64,000 nucleotides of DNA from Lama glama (Eukaryota): NCBI GenBank assembly GCA_028534125.1, contig CM052817.1, positions 109,122,001 to 109,186,000 of the forward strand. The letters are read 5' to 3'. How positions within the stretch are numbered: the stretch's first letter is position 1; the number at the start of each line of letters is the position of its first letter. This document shows, in pieces, positions 26,203 through 37,913 of the stretch. A program made the position numbers and the translations under genes. The notes under the pieces are model-generated. The model was given only the letters and a program-made list of their open reading frames with translations. It did no database searches and was not told the origin of the DNA.

Positions 26203-29200
26203 AGCAGGTAATAAAGTGGAAGTTCGTTATCACACTGCTGACCATGCAATTTGGTCACCATGTTTGCAACCACATCCCATGGACTTTTCTTCCAGATCAT
26301 GATCAGCCCACAAGACTCTGGTCCATCCTCTTCCAGGAAGCCAAGTCTCCATCTGTCAGCATCCCACCCTCTCCACCAAACTGTCAACAACTATGAAGAC
26401 AGAGCTTTTCTCCACCTGCAAGTTAACAAGTTAAACCGTCACAGTTTCGTGAGTGCTGGCAGAAGACACAAGACCTTGGGTCAGAGACAAGTGACTTCAT
26501 GACTTGCAGCTGAGCGAGCAGACACACAGAGTCAGCCTTATCTTGCACCAGCTTCCACAGGACAGTGTGATCTCCACACACACAGTGGGCTGCATTCTAG
26601 GTCAAAGCCCTAAGCTTAGGGACATAGATCTGTTACAATGGGTGGTAAACATGCTGCCTTTTGCTCTGCTGGAAGGCATTACCTCTGTTTCTAAGGCTGC
26701 TGGCTATGCATACATTCTTGGAAAATTGTGTAAAACGAAGGCCACTGGTACTCCTATTTCTCTGCAAAATGCAAGAGAGTGATGGAGACAATGTCTCCTG
26801 GTAGCATGCAGCTGACAGATTGACCCCAGAGCTACTCACTGTTACTCCTGGATAAGCTGAGGACAGTTTTACTCTTAAATTTAGGGTTTAAAAAAATTTT
26901 TTGATGTTATTTGTGATTGGAAAAACTTGAATGTGAGTTGTATTGGAAAAAGGAGTTTTACAGATCTAAAATGTATTTTGGTGATCTGAGTACTGTACTT
27001 AAGGGATTTTGGATATCTGTACACAGCAAAAGCCTGAATTAACCGGTGTTGGTCTTTTTTCTCCCACAGCTGTGCTAAGTTTCCTCCATGGAAAACAGCA
27101 AGACCTACAACAGAACAAATGTACTTGTACGACTTGGAAAAATACTGTTTTTATCTAACTCAATGGTTCACCTGTCTTTTCCAACAGAACAAATTTTAAA
27201 TGTTAAGATTTTTAAAAATATATTTTATTGAAGTACAAGGAAGACTTTTATTTAACACTTTTATTGCAATATTTATGTGGCAGCAATATCTAACAAGATT
27301 CTGAGACACAGGATGTATTTCTGATAGACTTTGCAACTCTGCCAGAAGCAGAACTCAAAATCAACGTGTTATTTAAAGCAACTGGGAAAGTCACCATAAA
27401 AGAAGCGTTGTTAATATCCAGAAGGTTTTCAATGCAAGGTCCAATAGCTATCCTATTTTACAAAGAGGAAAAATGAAAAGAAATACTTAAATTAAAAGAA
27501 AGAATTGAGATATCTGGAGCAATGCACATTTACCCAAAGCTTGAGAAAATACATTGAGACATGTGTTCAATATTTGCTGAAAAGAACACATCAGTTGTCT
27601 GTATGTGGAGCTCCGTGAATTATTCCACAGGACAGGGCGAAAAGAATGAGCTGCCTTTATTCCCAGAAATCACCAGCAATCACAGCTGAACCGAAATGCA
27701 TGGACCTCTTCTAGTTACTTGTTCTTTTCTCATTTTGAATGAGATTTGCTGGCTCTTCCAGTTCGTTCTAAGTCTGACGGCCCCTGCTGCCTCCCTGGGG
27801 TGGCCCAGGAGTCGATTCCAGGAAACCCCCAGTCTCTGGAGGTCCACGCCAGCCTTGGGGTATTGCCTGTGTTTAGGAGGGTGCTGCTCTGTGTCTCTCC
27901 TGCCTTCATCCATTCTCAAAGTGATACGGGACTAATGAAACCAAGACCCACTGGCCTTGTTGTAATAGTTTTCAGAGTAAAGTATAAACATGACTCGCTG
28001 GGGAAGTAAAGAAAATACTACAATTTCTGTTCATTTTCATGCTCACTTAAAAATAAGCCTTATTCCTATATTGCTGTGTATCAGATTGAAAGCAGCTTAT
28101 TACATTAATTAATAATATTTAGGTGATAAAATTTATTTTATATATTTATAATATATTGTTGGTGTACTAAATATCTTACTAATGGTTTGCAGAATCCAAA
28201 AGGCTGGAGAACACTGCCCCAGATGAGTGATTATCAAGTTGTGTCATAAGACTTTGCAGGACATCTTTATGTGTGAGAGGAAGTGAAGGAACAGTACATC
28301 CTCAAACACTAATGTATTTGTATCCACTTCCATTTTCCAAGATACAGATTATCTGGGAAGAAGGCAGCTGACTGACTGGACAGGGTGCAGAAGCTGCATC
28401 ACTGAACATCGCTGTTTTCAAAGCCGCAGAATTCTCTGACCATTGTCACCGTAACTTCCCAAAAGGCTCCGCTTTACCCTTCCTATTCCAGGCGTGCAAT
28501 ACACAAGATTTTCCAACTTCGGTAACAACATTTTTGTTTCTCTTTGTTTTGTTGTATTTTTCTCTGAGACTACCTCACGGTTCTTTCTTCAATTCAGATG
28601 GGTTTGGCAAGACCAAACATCTTCGCTGATAGTTTAAGATTTGGGCATGCTGCAAAGTCATTTTATGCCGAGTTCTCTTCTCCCCAGTCTGCAAGGTTTA
28701 CTTGCAATTTAATATTTTGACATTAAATGTTTGAAAAAAAGTTGAAAGGCAGCACAACGTTATCTAAAAATCTTCTACCAAAATAGCTGAGATTAAGTCC
28801 CAGATCTGTGATTTAAATTTTGTCCTGATTTCTATCCCAATACTCAAATCTTAAATATTACCATTTTCCTGAAACCAAGTTTATTATGATGGAAAAGAAT
28901 TTGCTGATAATAAAAGAAGCATGGCTTTAAGAATATCACCTTTTTTTCCCTTTTGCTTAGTTTTTTAAAACTTGTAATTTATGCATTTATGAAACCTCTT
29001 TTTTTGTTTTTGGTTTTCTGGTTTTTGGTTTTGGGGTTTTTTGGCAGACACTGAATACAGGAAAAATGAGCGTAGTCATGAAGGAATCTTTTTCGAGGTA
29101 AAAGAGTGAGTGAGGATTGTGTGAGCTGGTCACGATAGTTGCAGGTGTGAAGACAGGTCAAAAACAAAGCTGCCTCAGGAGAAATCCAGGCAGCAATACA

Positions 29201-31139
29201 GTGTAAAATGTTTGAAGTGGCTTGAAGTGGGAGCACGGGCGGGTGCCCATCCCCAGCATCCTAAAAGGTGTCTTTGCGAGGAGCCGCGCCGTCATCTGGG
29301 AGCAGACACACCCAGAGCAGAAGGAAATGACGAAGGACTAGTCACTCCCAGAGGCTCCTGGCTCTCACAGCAGGAGTGACTCCCCCACCTCAGGAGAGAA
29401 TCCGGAGAGTTCCCAGGGCTGGAGAAGAATTCCCGCGGAAGGTGTGCATCAGCGCTGTGAACGTCAGTGCCCGCCTCTAGCCGGTGCTCAGACAAGGAGA
29501 CTGGGCTTTTCCACCGCCTCCGCAGCAAAGAGGTTGGTTTTCCGGAGACGGTGAGTCCTTCCTTCCAGGAACTGCACCACCGCTGGGCTCCCCCTCTCTG
29601 GACTGCCCCCCACGTCTCCCGTGTCCTGTGCCCCACATTTCCACCTTTTAGTCTGCTTCACTGAACTGCCCAAGCACAGCCATTCAGAGACTGAAAGAGG
29701 GCCGAAGCCCAGCCAGGCCAGACCAGCTTTGTCGTTCAGGGAAGGGCGGTGGTCTCCCCGCGCCACCCACCGCATCAGACACACTTCAGAGTCCTTGCCG
29801 CTGATGGGTAGCGAGTTGTCCAAGTAAGGCCCACATACTTACAACGATCACGGTACTCCAACAGCCATCTCTCTGGGATGCTAACGGTTGCTTTAGCAGG
29901 GACTGGGGTGTGGCTTGCAAGCTCGACGCAGCCCAGACTGCACCGGGGCTTTGCAGGCAGAGCCCAGTGCGGGCAGGCACTTCCCCAGCTGGGTGGCCCC
30001 TGGGGGGCCCGAGTCTATCCCCTGCCCCCCAGCCGCTCTCCCCTTCCCTCCTGTCTCACTTGCTCACCCACCCGAGACCCTCCTGTTCTGTCTCCACAGC
30101 AGCTCCTAACCTCCCCGAACAAGGGTCTGGCTTGGAGTGACCGTCAGGGAGGAGTAACTTGGAGGAAAAATTAGTAGAACGCTGAAGCAGTCCTTCCTCC
30201 CTTCCCACCAAAGGCTCTGAGGCCAACGGCTTGGAGAGCAACGCGAAATCCCCAGGCCAGGCGTCTCGGCTTTATGGTCCTCCTCATGGGAAGGTCCCCA
30301 GGAGAGAGCAGGAACCATTATACTCTGAGACACAGCCATCTGTGCAAGTAAACGTCCCCCCTCACCCAGGCTTCGCTGGACAGGACAGGGCTTTTCAAAG
30401 TCACACATGTGACCCCACCAACCCCCCTCAGCACTTGCCGGCTTTCTTCCCCGGCAGTTTGAAAACTTTGGGGAGGGAGGCTGAATCCAATGGTCTGCTT
30501 TTTCCCCTTTGCTTCCTGTTTTTCCTTCTGCAGACTTATTTTGAGCGAGGGCTCCGTGGAGATTAATCATAACGGTGCTTAACGGCGAGTCACACCCTGA
30601 CAAGCGGCCTTTCTGTCCTGACACTCCTCACCCGACTCGTCCCAGGCACCTGGTTGTCTGGAAATCTCCATCCATCTCCAAGACGCCGTCCCTGCCGGTG
30701 CCTGGTTCGCCTGCCTGGACCGCGTCGCCCATCCTGCCCGATGGGCTCGTCACAGCCTAGACGCTTCTCCAGACCCCGAGCCTCCGCAGTGTCTTCCCAC
30801 AGCATCTTGTCACTCTTTCTCTTATGTTCACCATTCAGTTTTCTTTCTGATAGAATGGACCAGACTCTATCTTCAGAGTTCCCAAAACAGCATTATTCCT
30901 GGCATACCAGAGACATTCAATAAGTGATGAATAAATACATGAAAAATAAGTAAATGAATCTGTTTGGTATTGGTTCAAACTTTGTGTTTTTTCTCTGAAG
31001 TCTAGATGGAAATAGATAAGGCAAAATGGGAAGAGACACTTGAAATCAATACATTTCTCTTTCGAAGACTCTGCTGTAACTCTGTGCTTGCTTACTGGAC
31101 ACCAAACAATGGGACAAAAAGTCATGGAAACAGTAGAAC

Positions 31140-31679
31140 TGTTAGGTAGTTAGGTAAGCAGGGCACCGGGCAGCTAAGGGGGAGGGGGAGGAGGGGCTGG
31201 AAGAGGGTGGTGTGCCCGCCTCCAGCATAAAAGGGCTTCACTTCTTCTAAATGAGCACCAGTAAGAAACCCGTTAGAACCTGACAGCCACTACTACACGG
31301 TAGTGACAAGGACCTAACAGGACACGACCCAGTGCTCACTGTAATATAATTAACATTGTGGTTCAGCCTCCCACCCACGGGTCTCTCTGTGTGCACCACG
31401 TTATGTAAGGACATGTGCAAAGGGGCCAAACATGACTGAGCACTCCAGGGACGAGCTGTCAATCAAGAGACCACCTCCAAGCGAGGGTGTAAGAGAAGAG
31501 GAGACAAGAACAGCCACTTTCCCTCCCTTGGATCAGCCCGTCTCCCATTCCTGGGGGTGTACTTTCCCTTTTCTAAGTAAATCTTTTAAAATCTTCGGCT
31601 ACACAACGCACCATCTCCCGACTATAATCTTGTCTTTCAGGTGTGACAAGAACTGGGATCTTTACCTTTTGGGGTAACA
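31140..31679 (+). mobile_element. ERV1-type solo LTR (540 bp), different family
   Basis: TGTTAG...GTAACA termini, a GGGTGTACTTT...AGTAAA R-region motif, perfect 4-bp TSD GAAC (31136-31139, 31680-31683). Confidence 0.85.
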
Positions 31680-32199
31680 GAACCAGCACAGAGCAGCTCT
31701 TGGATTCTTAGGGGGGACGGGTGTCTTGGGACCCCACGTGGTGATTTAGGACGATGAACCAGCACTAGGATTCAGAACTCTCGGCCCACAGCCGGCCATA
31801 GACCCTCTCGTCCATTCTTTTCTCCATCCTCGATTGCAGGGCCAACCTCGGGCCCCATCTTGGTCCCTCCCTCTCCCTGTGAACCTGCCTTCTGGGAGTC
31901 CTGTCCCTGGCTGGGTACCATCAGCGCTCTGGATCTGAGATGTCTGCAAAGTGGATGAGACACAGATGGAGAAGGAAGTCCTCGGTGCTTTTAGCACCCA
32001 AGTTGCAGATCTTGAATGCAGTCCATCAAGGCGACGTGGCTATGCCTGCCTGGCTTAAGGTCTGTGGTCTATTCCGTGATTCTTGAGCCTCTGTAGGCTG
32101 GCCCATGATTTAATGTCTCTGGGAGAATACATTTTTTTGGTATTTTATAGAAAAGTTGCAAGAATAGTGCAAAGAATTCCGTGTAGCTTTTACTCAGAA

Positions 32200-32287
32200 T
32201 TTTTTTTTTTGATGGAGATATTGGGGATTGAACCCAGGACCTCGTGCATGCTAAGCATGTGCTCTACCACTGAGCTCTACTCTCCCC
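32200..32287 (-). mobile_element. Vic-1-like SINE (short form)
   Basis: Reverse complement of the tRNA-like head (GGGGATTGAACCCAGGACCTCGTGCATGCTAAGCATGTGCTCTACCACTGAGCT), preceded by poly-T. Confidence 0.85.
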
Positions 32288-32499
32288 ACCCCAAGATTGT
32301 TTACATTTTCCTCCACTGGTTTTGTGTGTGTGTTTACATAGACATCCACTAGAAAATATTTTTGAATTCTAATTAATTTACAACTTAGAACATAAGTTAT
32401 TACCAAATTTGGGTCTGCTTAAATATTTGATAAATATTTTATGCTTTTAAATTTCATTTAATTCCTAATATTTTCCCTGCAATAAAGGTGTAGTTCCAG

Positions 32500-34233
32500 A
32501 AAGAAACATGTACTTAAGTCTTTATTTCCCTTTTAAATACTTTTATTAACATCATATAATTGTGAGATTATAACTATACTTCCCCAAGGCCTATAGCACT
32601 CTCCAGTAATAAGACTGGTATTTAAGGAGACACATTCAGCACTTTAAGACATGGGAGCATCATTCTGTAAGGAGTAATCATGGTAGAATTTATAGAAGCA
32701 CTCTAGGGGATCCCGGAGGCCAACCAGTGAGGACTTTTTACTCCTGAGGTCACCAGGGACCAGCCTGGACACCGATGGAGATAATTAAAGAAATTTTAAA
32801 CTGAGTTACTTCTCAGAACTCCAAACAAGAGTTCTACGCATACTGATTTAAAACTGTAATGTTCACCTTTTTCTCGCTCTGGAGCTTTTTTTTTTTTTTT
32901 AATCTCCTTGTCTCAAACCAGTCTCCTGTCTTGTCACTGAGTTCACCAGGGATCTTAGACTAACATTGTGAAGAATGAAAGTTCAGGCTCCAGAAGCATG
33001 TTTAGAAATTTCCATAATGAAATCACAGCATCGTCTGCTTCATCAATACTACCATTCTCTTTGAAAAGTATCATTGAGTTATCTCAACAGAATAAAAAAT
33101 TCACAGATGCATACTTAAGACTAAAAACTCAATGACTCTCAGGGCATGTACACACACCAAAATGTTCAGCACAAATACTTGGAAAAAAGCTATCAGCAGA
33201 AAGAACAAGTCTTCTTTCCCGCTTCTGTACTTAGATGTTCTTACTGGAACTGTACTGGGCTCAGCACGGCAATGGACGATGTCTGCTGAAACAGGTCCAA
33301 ATTACTCGTGTGTGTGAGTGTGTGTGTGTTTGAGTGTGTGTGTGTTTGTGTACATGTGTGTCAGTGTTTCACTTCTGCGTTTACGGTGTGTCCCTGAAAA
33401 CTTCCTTTCCTCCCATGTTGCTTCTGGTTCAGCTAAATTAGAACGATATTACTGCATTTTAATATGGGCTGTAATCCTCTTTTATCCTGAATATTATGAC
33501 GCAAATATGAATTAACAAAGATGAAACTGCTGTAGCCTTTGCCATGTGTAGAATTTTAAAAATATCAAACAATGAAACATTTATTATGACATATGATATT
33601 ATGGCAAATATTCTTATAAAATAATCTTTGATATTTACAGAAGAATTACTTTATAGTCATATTGCAGCTAACCCATAATTGCTTACTTTCTTTAAAAAAA
33701 GAGAAAATGAAACAGAAAAGTGCAGCAGAAAAAACCCTCAATCTATTTTGTTATATATGCCAACAGTGAAATGAGGAAAAGTAACAAAATGCAGAGTTGA
33801 CAGGTTCAAAGAGCTTAAGGTATCGAAGACTATCATTTCTATTCAAAATGCTGTTTTAAGACAATACTATCACAAGCACACCTTAACAACCGTGGTGTCC
33901 CACCCGGGCGCGACTGCGGGTCACTCAGCAGGCTGCCCGGTCCCTGCGATCACCTGACGTGCAGGCGCTGAACTCTGAGTACAAGTAATAACTGATTGTT
34001 ATGTAACAGAAACACCTCCCCTCCCAAAGTCACTGTTCGAGGTTTCTTTCTTTTTCTTTTTTTCGCTGAAGACTTGAAGTACAGAAGTGAATGTATTTCT
34101 GTCCCATTAAGAGGAAGGAAAAGTAGATGGTCGCTTAGTCCCTCCGCCCCTGCAAGCGCAAAGTGCTTTCAGAGGTTCCACGCACGCTCCAAGGAGTCAA
34201 ACCCCGAAGCCTGACCGTCGGGGATGCGTTTTG
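32500..34233 (-). other. GUCY1A1: GUCY1A1 3' UTR with candidate poly(A) signals
   Basis: AT-rich sequence downstream of the stop, with minus-strand AATAAA at 33585-33580, 32547-32542 and 32526-32521. The true 3' end cannot be fixed from sequence alone. Confidence 0.6.
33308..33361. repeat. Imperfect (GT)n repeat downstream of the GUCY1A1 stop (CA-rich on the mRNA strand)
   Basis: Interrupted GT run read directly. Confidence 0.85.
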
Positions 34234-34435
34234 CTAATCTATCCCCGAGGCTTTGCCTAAAAAGTTGGCACTGCCGTCTTCAACATCCCTCTTTTGAAAC
34301 CACAGTTTTGAATTGGTTCCTTGTTGGTAAGCTTCCAGAAAATGACAGATTCCGGGAATTTCACTGGGGAAGTTTGGTGGAAGTTCCTCCCTGGATCGAG
34401 GTGTAAACACAAAACCAGGACAGTCTTTGAGTAGC
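34234..34435 (-). CDS. GUCY1A1: GUCY1A1 last coding exon (202 nt incl. TAG): (R)[66 protein letters not shown]
   Basis: Translated by hand on the minus strand; this frame is not in the ORF track. Acceptor tttcag| at 34437-34436, TAG at 34236-34234. The C-terminus KASGID is alpha-1-like (alpha-2 ends in the PDZ motif RETSL). Confidence 0.96.
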
Positions 34436-36644
34436 CTGAAAAGACGGAAATGAAAATGTTAATCCTGAAGTTGGGTACTGACACAACTGCCTGTTCAAGA
34501 AAAGATTATCTAACTCAATGAAAGTTACTGAGAATGTTAATAAGCCAGACATTTTCAGTCTGATTGACCCAAAACCCCTAATAATATTTACAAACACCTT
34601 CACCCAAGGACAATTCACAACAGCAGAAAATTCTACCAAATAACGTATTTCACTCATCTTAGGAAAAATAACTATAAAACTTTTTTTGTAAAGATATAGT
34701 CTACAGCCTACATAAGAGCACAAGTCACAATAGTGGGGAGAGAAACCCAAAACAATCCAAAAGTTTAATAACAGCAAAAAAAAAAGTATATGAAAATAAT
34801 GTTACAGAATTGAAAAAGCTGAAGGAGATAAAGACATTGTCTATCAGTGCATTCATTTTGTAACTAGTACTAGGAAGTAAGCATGGACAAGAAGTTGTGG
34901 CAGGAAAGGTCTATATATAAGACATTTGTATATAAAATAACATGAGAACAAGTTCTGGGTCTGTCATTAGAACTTTTGTGAATTCTAGGTTATAGGACTA
35001 AGGTGGGATTTAGCTGGATATGCAACACTCTACTATCTGACATTTGCAGTAATTTTCTTCTCAAATTCTTCTTAAGAATTAAATGTCTTCAGTTCAGACC
35101 TTTGACCAGCTTTAATTATCGGCTGCACTTGTCCACTTTGATAAACTCATTTTAAAGTCTAACCACACTGATTACGTTTCTGGTTCCTCTCCCTGCTCTC
35201 TCACTCTCTGTCAGATGCAATCTTAATAAGCATCTCTCTGACCTATTACTCAGGCCATGGAAGAAACGGGCTCCAGACCTCCCTCGGCAGAAAATCGCCC
35301 ATCATATCTTCCCAGTCAGGGTGTGGGCGTCCCCTCCCCAGTCTGCAGGGTCGCATCTCAGTGACAAGAGTGATGCTGCTATGTTTGAGGTCGGAACTGT
35401 GACACCCTGCCTGGTCCAGACAAAACTGCTGGGTGGGAATGCAGGTCTGAGGAATTACAGACCTCGAGTAGCGTACAACACGTGAGTATTCGGTGGACTA
35501 ATTTTTATCTGTGCACCAGCAAAATGTGTACCCTGCAAAATAATAAAACTAACAAAAGGCAGTTTTAGTCCTGGATTCATAAGCATCTTAGAGTACCTAT
35601 TATTTACAAGGCACAGTGCTTGGTAACATATAATGAAAAATTACAGAATTCCACAACATTGGAAGTATAAGCTTCAACGTCTGGTGGATCTAAGTTTGAA
35701 TAGAGATGTCAGCTTTCTAGCTTTAAAATGGGGATGACAATAATACGTATCGTCTCTTAGGGAAGTAATGAAGATTAAATACATTGATTAAACAAGCCTT
35801 ATTAAGCATCAATTGGATACCACATAACACCCATCACAGGGGAGCGATTAGTAAGTCTGACAACAGCAGGCACTGGGAAACAGAACTCAGACGTTGGAGT
35901 GCAGGCTGGTAAAACCTGTTCGGACAGCTAACTGATGGCTGGTAAAGCTGAAACTGGGGACAGCCCAGGACCTGGGACGCCATTTATAGGTATATTATCT
36001 AGAGACACATGTATATTTACCCAATCACATTTTGTAACAACTAATAGCCGGATATCCTCCAGTAAGCATGGACTGAAGACAGTCTTATTTATACCCTGGA
36101 ATACACCTTACCTGGCATGCACATGTGACTTGCTGGATTTGTCTCATACTGGCCCGTGACAACTGTCAAAACACTGGTAATCTGGCAAGCCACGAAAACC
36201 ATTGGGAGCCTGAAACCTGCCACGGTGAGTGTATCTACACTTTAAAAACTGGTAAATGCGAGAAATTGGAGATTATCCACTTCACTCCCCAAAGCTGCCT
36301 TCCCAGCATACCACTGCACTCGGAATAGTTTAAATAAATAAACAAGATTTACATTTCATTAAGGAAAAAAAAATCTCAAAACCATAATATCGAGTGGATT
36401 CAAGGCAAGTTGCAAAAGGATACAGGAAGTCTGAGTGGGAATCTATTTTTCTCTGGTTTTATTTTTCTATCTGGAGATCTTACCAGTGACTTTAAAACTA
36501 CCCCTCTGAATTTATTAAATGCCTTGCTTGGAACTGCACATCTGGTAAGCCCTGTATTTCATACTGCAGGACACACTTCTGCTTTTATTTTCTAATTTTT
36601 AAAAGTATTTATTTATTTGCCATTGTATTATTTAATTCTTGTAT

Positions 36645-36764
36645 TTTGGTGAGAGTAGGTGGGGGTAATTAGGTTCATTTATTTTTAGTGGAGGCACTGG
36701 GGGTTGAACACAGCACCTCACACATGCTAAGCAGGCACTCTACCACTCAGCTACACCCTTCACC
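36645..36764 (-). mobile_element. Vic-1-like SINE in the GUCY1A1 last intron
   Basis: GGGGGTAATTAGGTT tail plus the reverse complement of the tRNA-like head. Confidence 0.82.
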
Positions 36765-37369
36765 ACAAAGCCTGTTCATTAAATCAGCTTCTAAAGAAGA
36801 TGTGGATTTGGAAGAGTAACAGGTCAGAAAAATGAAACCATTTTGACGAAAGCCTGACGGCAGTGCCGCTGCAAATGCTCACGTGTGGTGGGCGGTTTCT
36901 CCTTACCCGCTCATGACCGGGCACCATTTTCCCCAAACGCCTGCACCTGCTCTCCTTTGGGCCCTTCATTCTCCTTGTTCCCCTAAGGAATCCAGGCCCT
37001 GCCTCTGGGTGGCTATGTCCTCAGAGAAAGGAGTTCTAGGTCAGCGCCCACCAGGCAGCCTCCATTTACGCCCTCACCTGCCAATGTTGTCTCTCCTGAT
37101 CGCTCACCACCCAAACCTCTCGTTAACCCACTGACTCGAAACTCACGCAACACAGAACCTAGTCTCTTGTGAGTTTTCCGCCCCTCAGTAACAAAAATGC
37201 AGAAAACTGTCCCCTAAACTAAAACCCCTCATGACACTGAAAAGAAAGGAACGTGTAGCTGTCATTACACCTGCTACGTTCTAAATTACCGATGAGAATT
37301 TGGACATGGACTTTGAAGGTCTGGGTATTTTTGGTGTGGGTACCCGTCCTAAATTAACACGTGTCTCAT

Positions 37370-37913
37370 TGTAATAGAGCAGAACAGATCTGACTCTATT
37401 GGATCTGTTCCTTTGATTTTAACCACTGAGCCCTTTTTTCTGGGTTTAGTCTTGCTAGCTCTGCACCTTTTGTAAAAGAATGTTGCCTTTAGCCTGTCTG
37501 GTAAACAGGAGAGCCTTTTCTCAAGGCTCTGACCTTTCAGGATATTAACACTTTCTGCACTTATATAAGGATAACAAGTTGCAGAATAGAGGGTGGCCTT
37601 TGTTTTGCTGGAGGTTTTGCAGGAGCACCATGGCCTGACCCCTGAGGATGGCTGCAGGAACAAAGAATTCCCACACCAAGAGGTTTCCAACAACTAACCA
37701 CACCCCCTCCCGTTTTTTGTTTTTTGTTTTTGTTTTTTTAATAAAAGGAGCCCTTATTCTGGCTGTAGCAGGATGGTTCTGCAAGACACTAGTCTGCCAT
37801 CCTCTCAGTCTGCCGGCTTTCTGAATAAAGTCGCTATTCCTTGCCCCAACACCTTGTCTCCTAATTTACTGGCCTGTCGTGCAGCGAGCAAAACAAGTTT
37901 GGACCCGGTAACA
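37370..37913 (+). mobile_element. ERV1-type solo LTR (544 bp) in the GUCY1A1 last intron, antisense to the gene
   Basis: TGTAAT...GTAACA termini; aligns by eye with 25659-26202 along its length. TSD TCAT/TTAT. Confidence 0.9.

Noticed and set aside
21262..30923. Numerous 60-200 aa ORFs in GC-rich intergenic DNA
   Set aside because: No recognisable protein similarity or consistent exon structure.
34257..34777. ORF-track calls overlapping the last GUCY1A1 exon
   Set aside because: Wrong frames; the true frame is entered by splicing at 34435.
25659..37913. Possible full-length provirus between two homologous LTRs
   Set aside because: Each LTR has its own TSD, and the interior is host GUCY1A1 sequence with no gag/pol/env.
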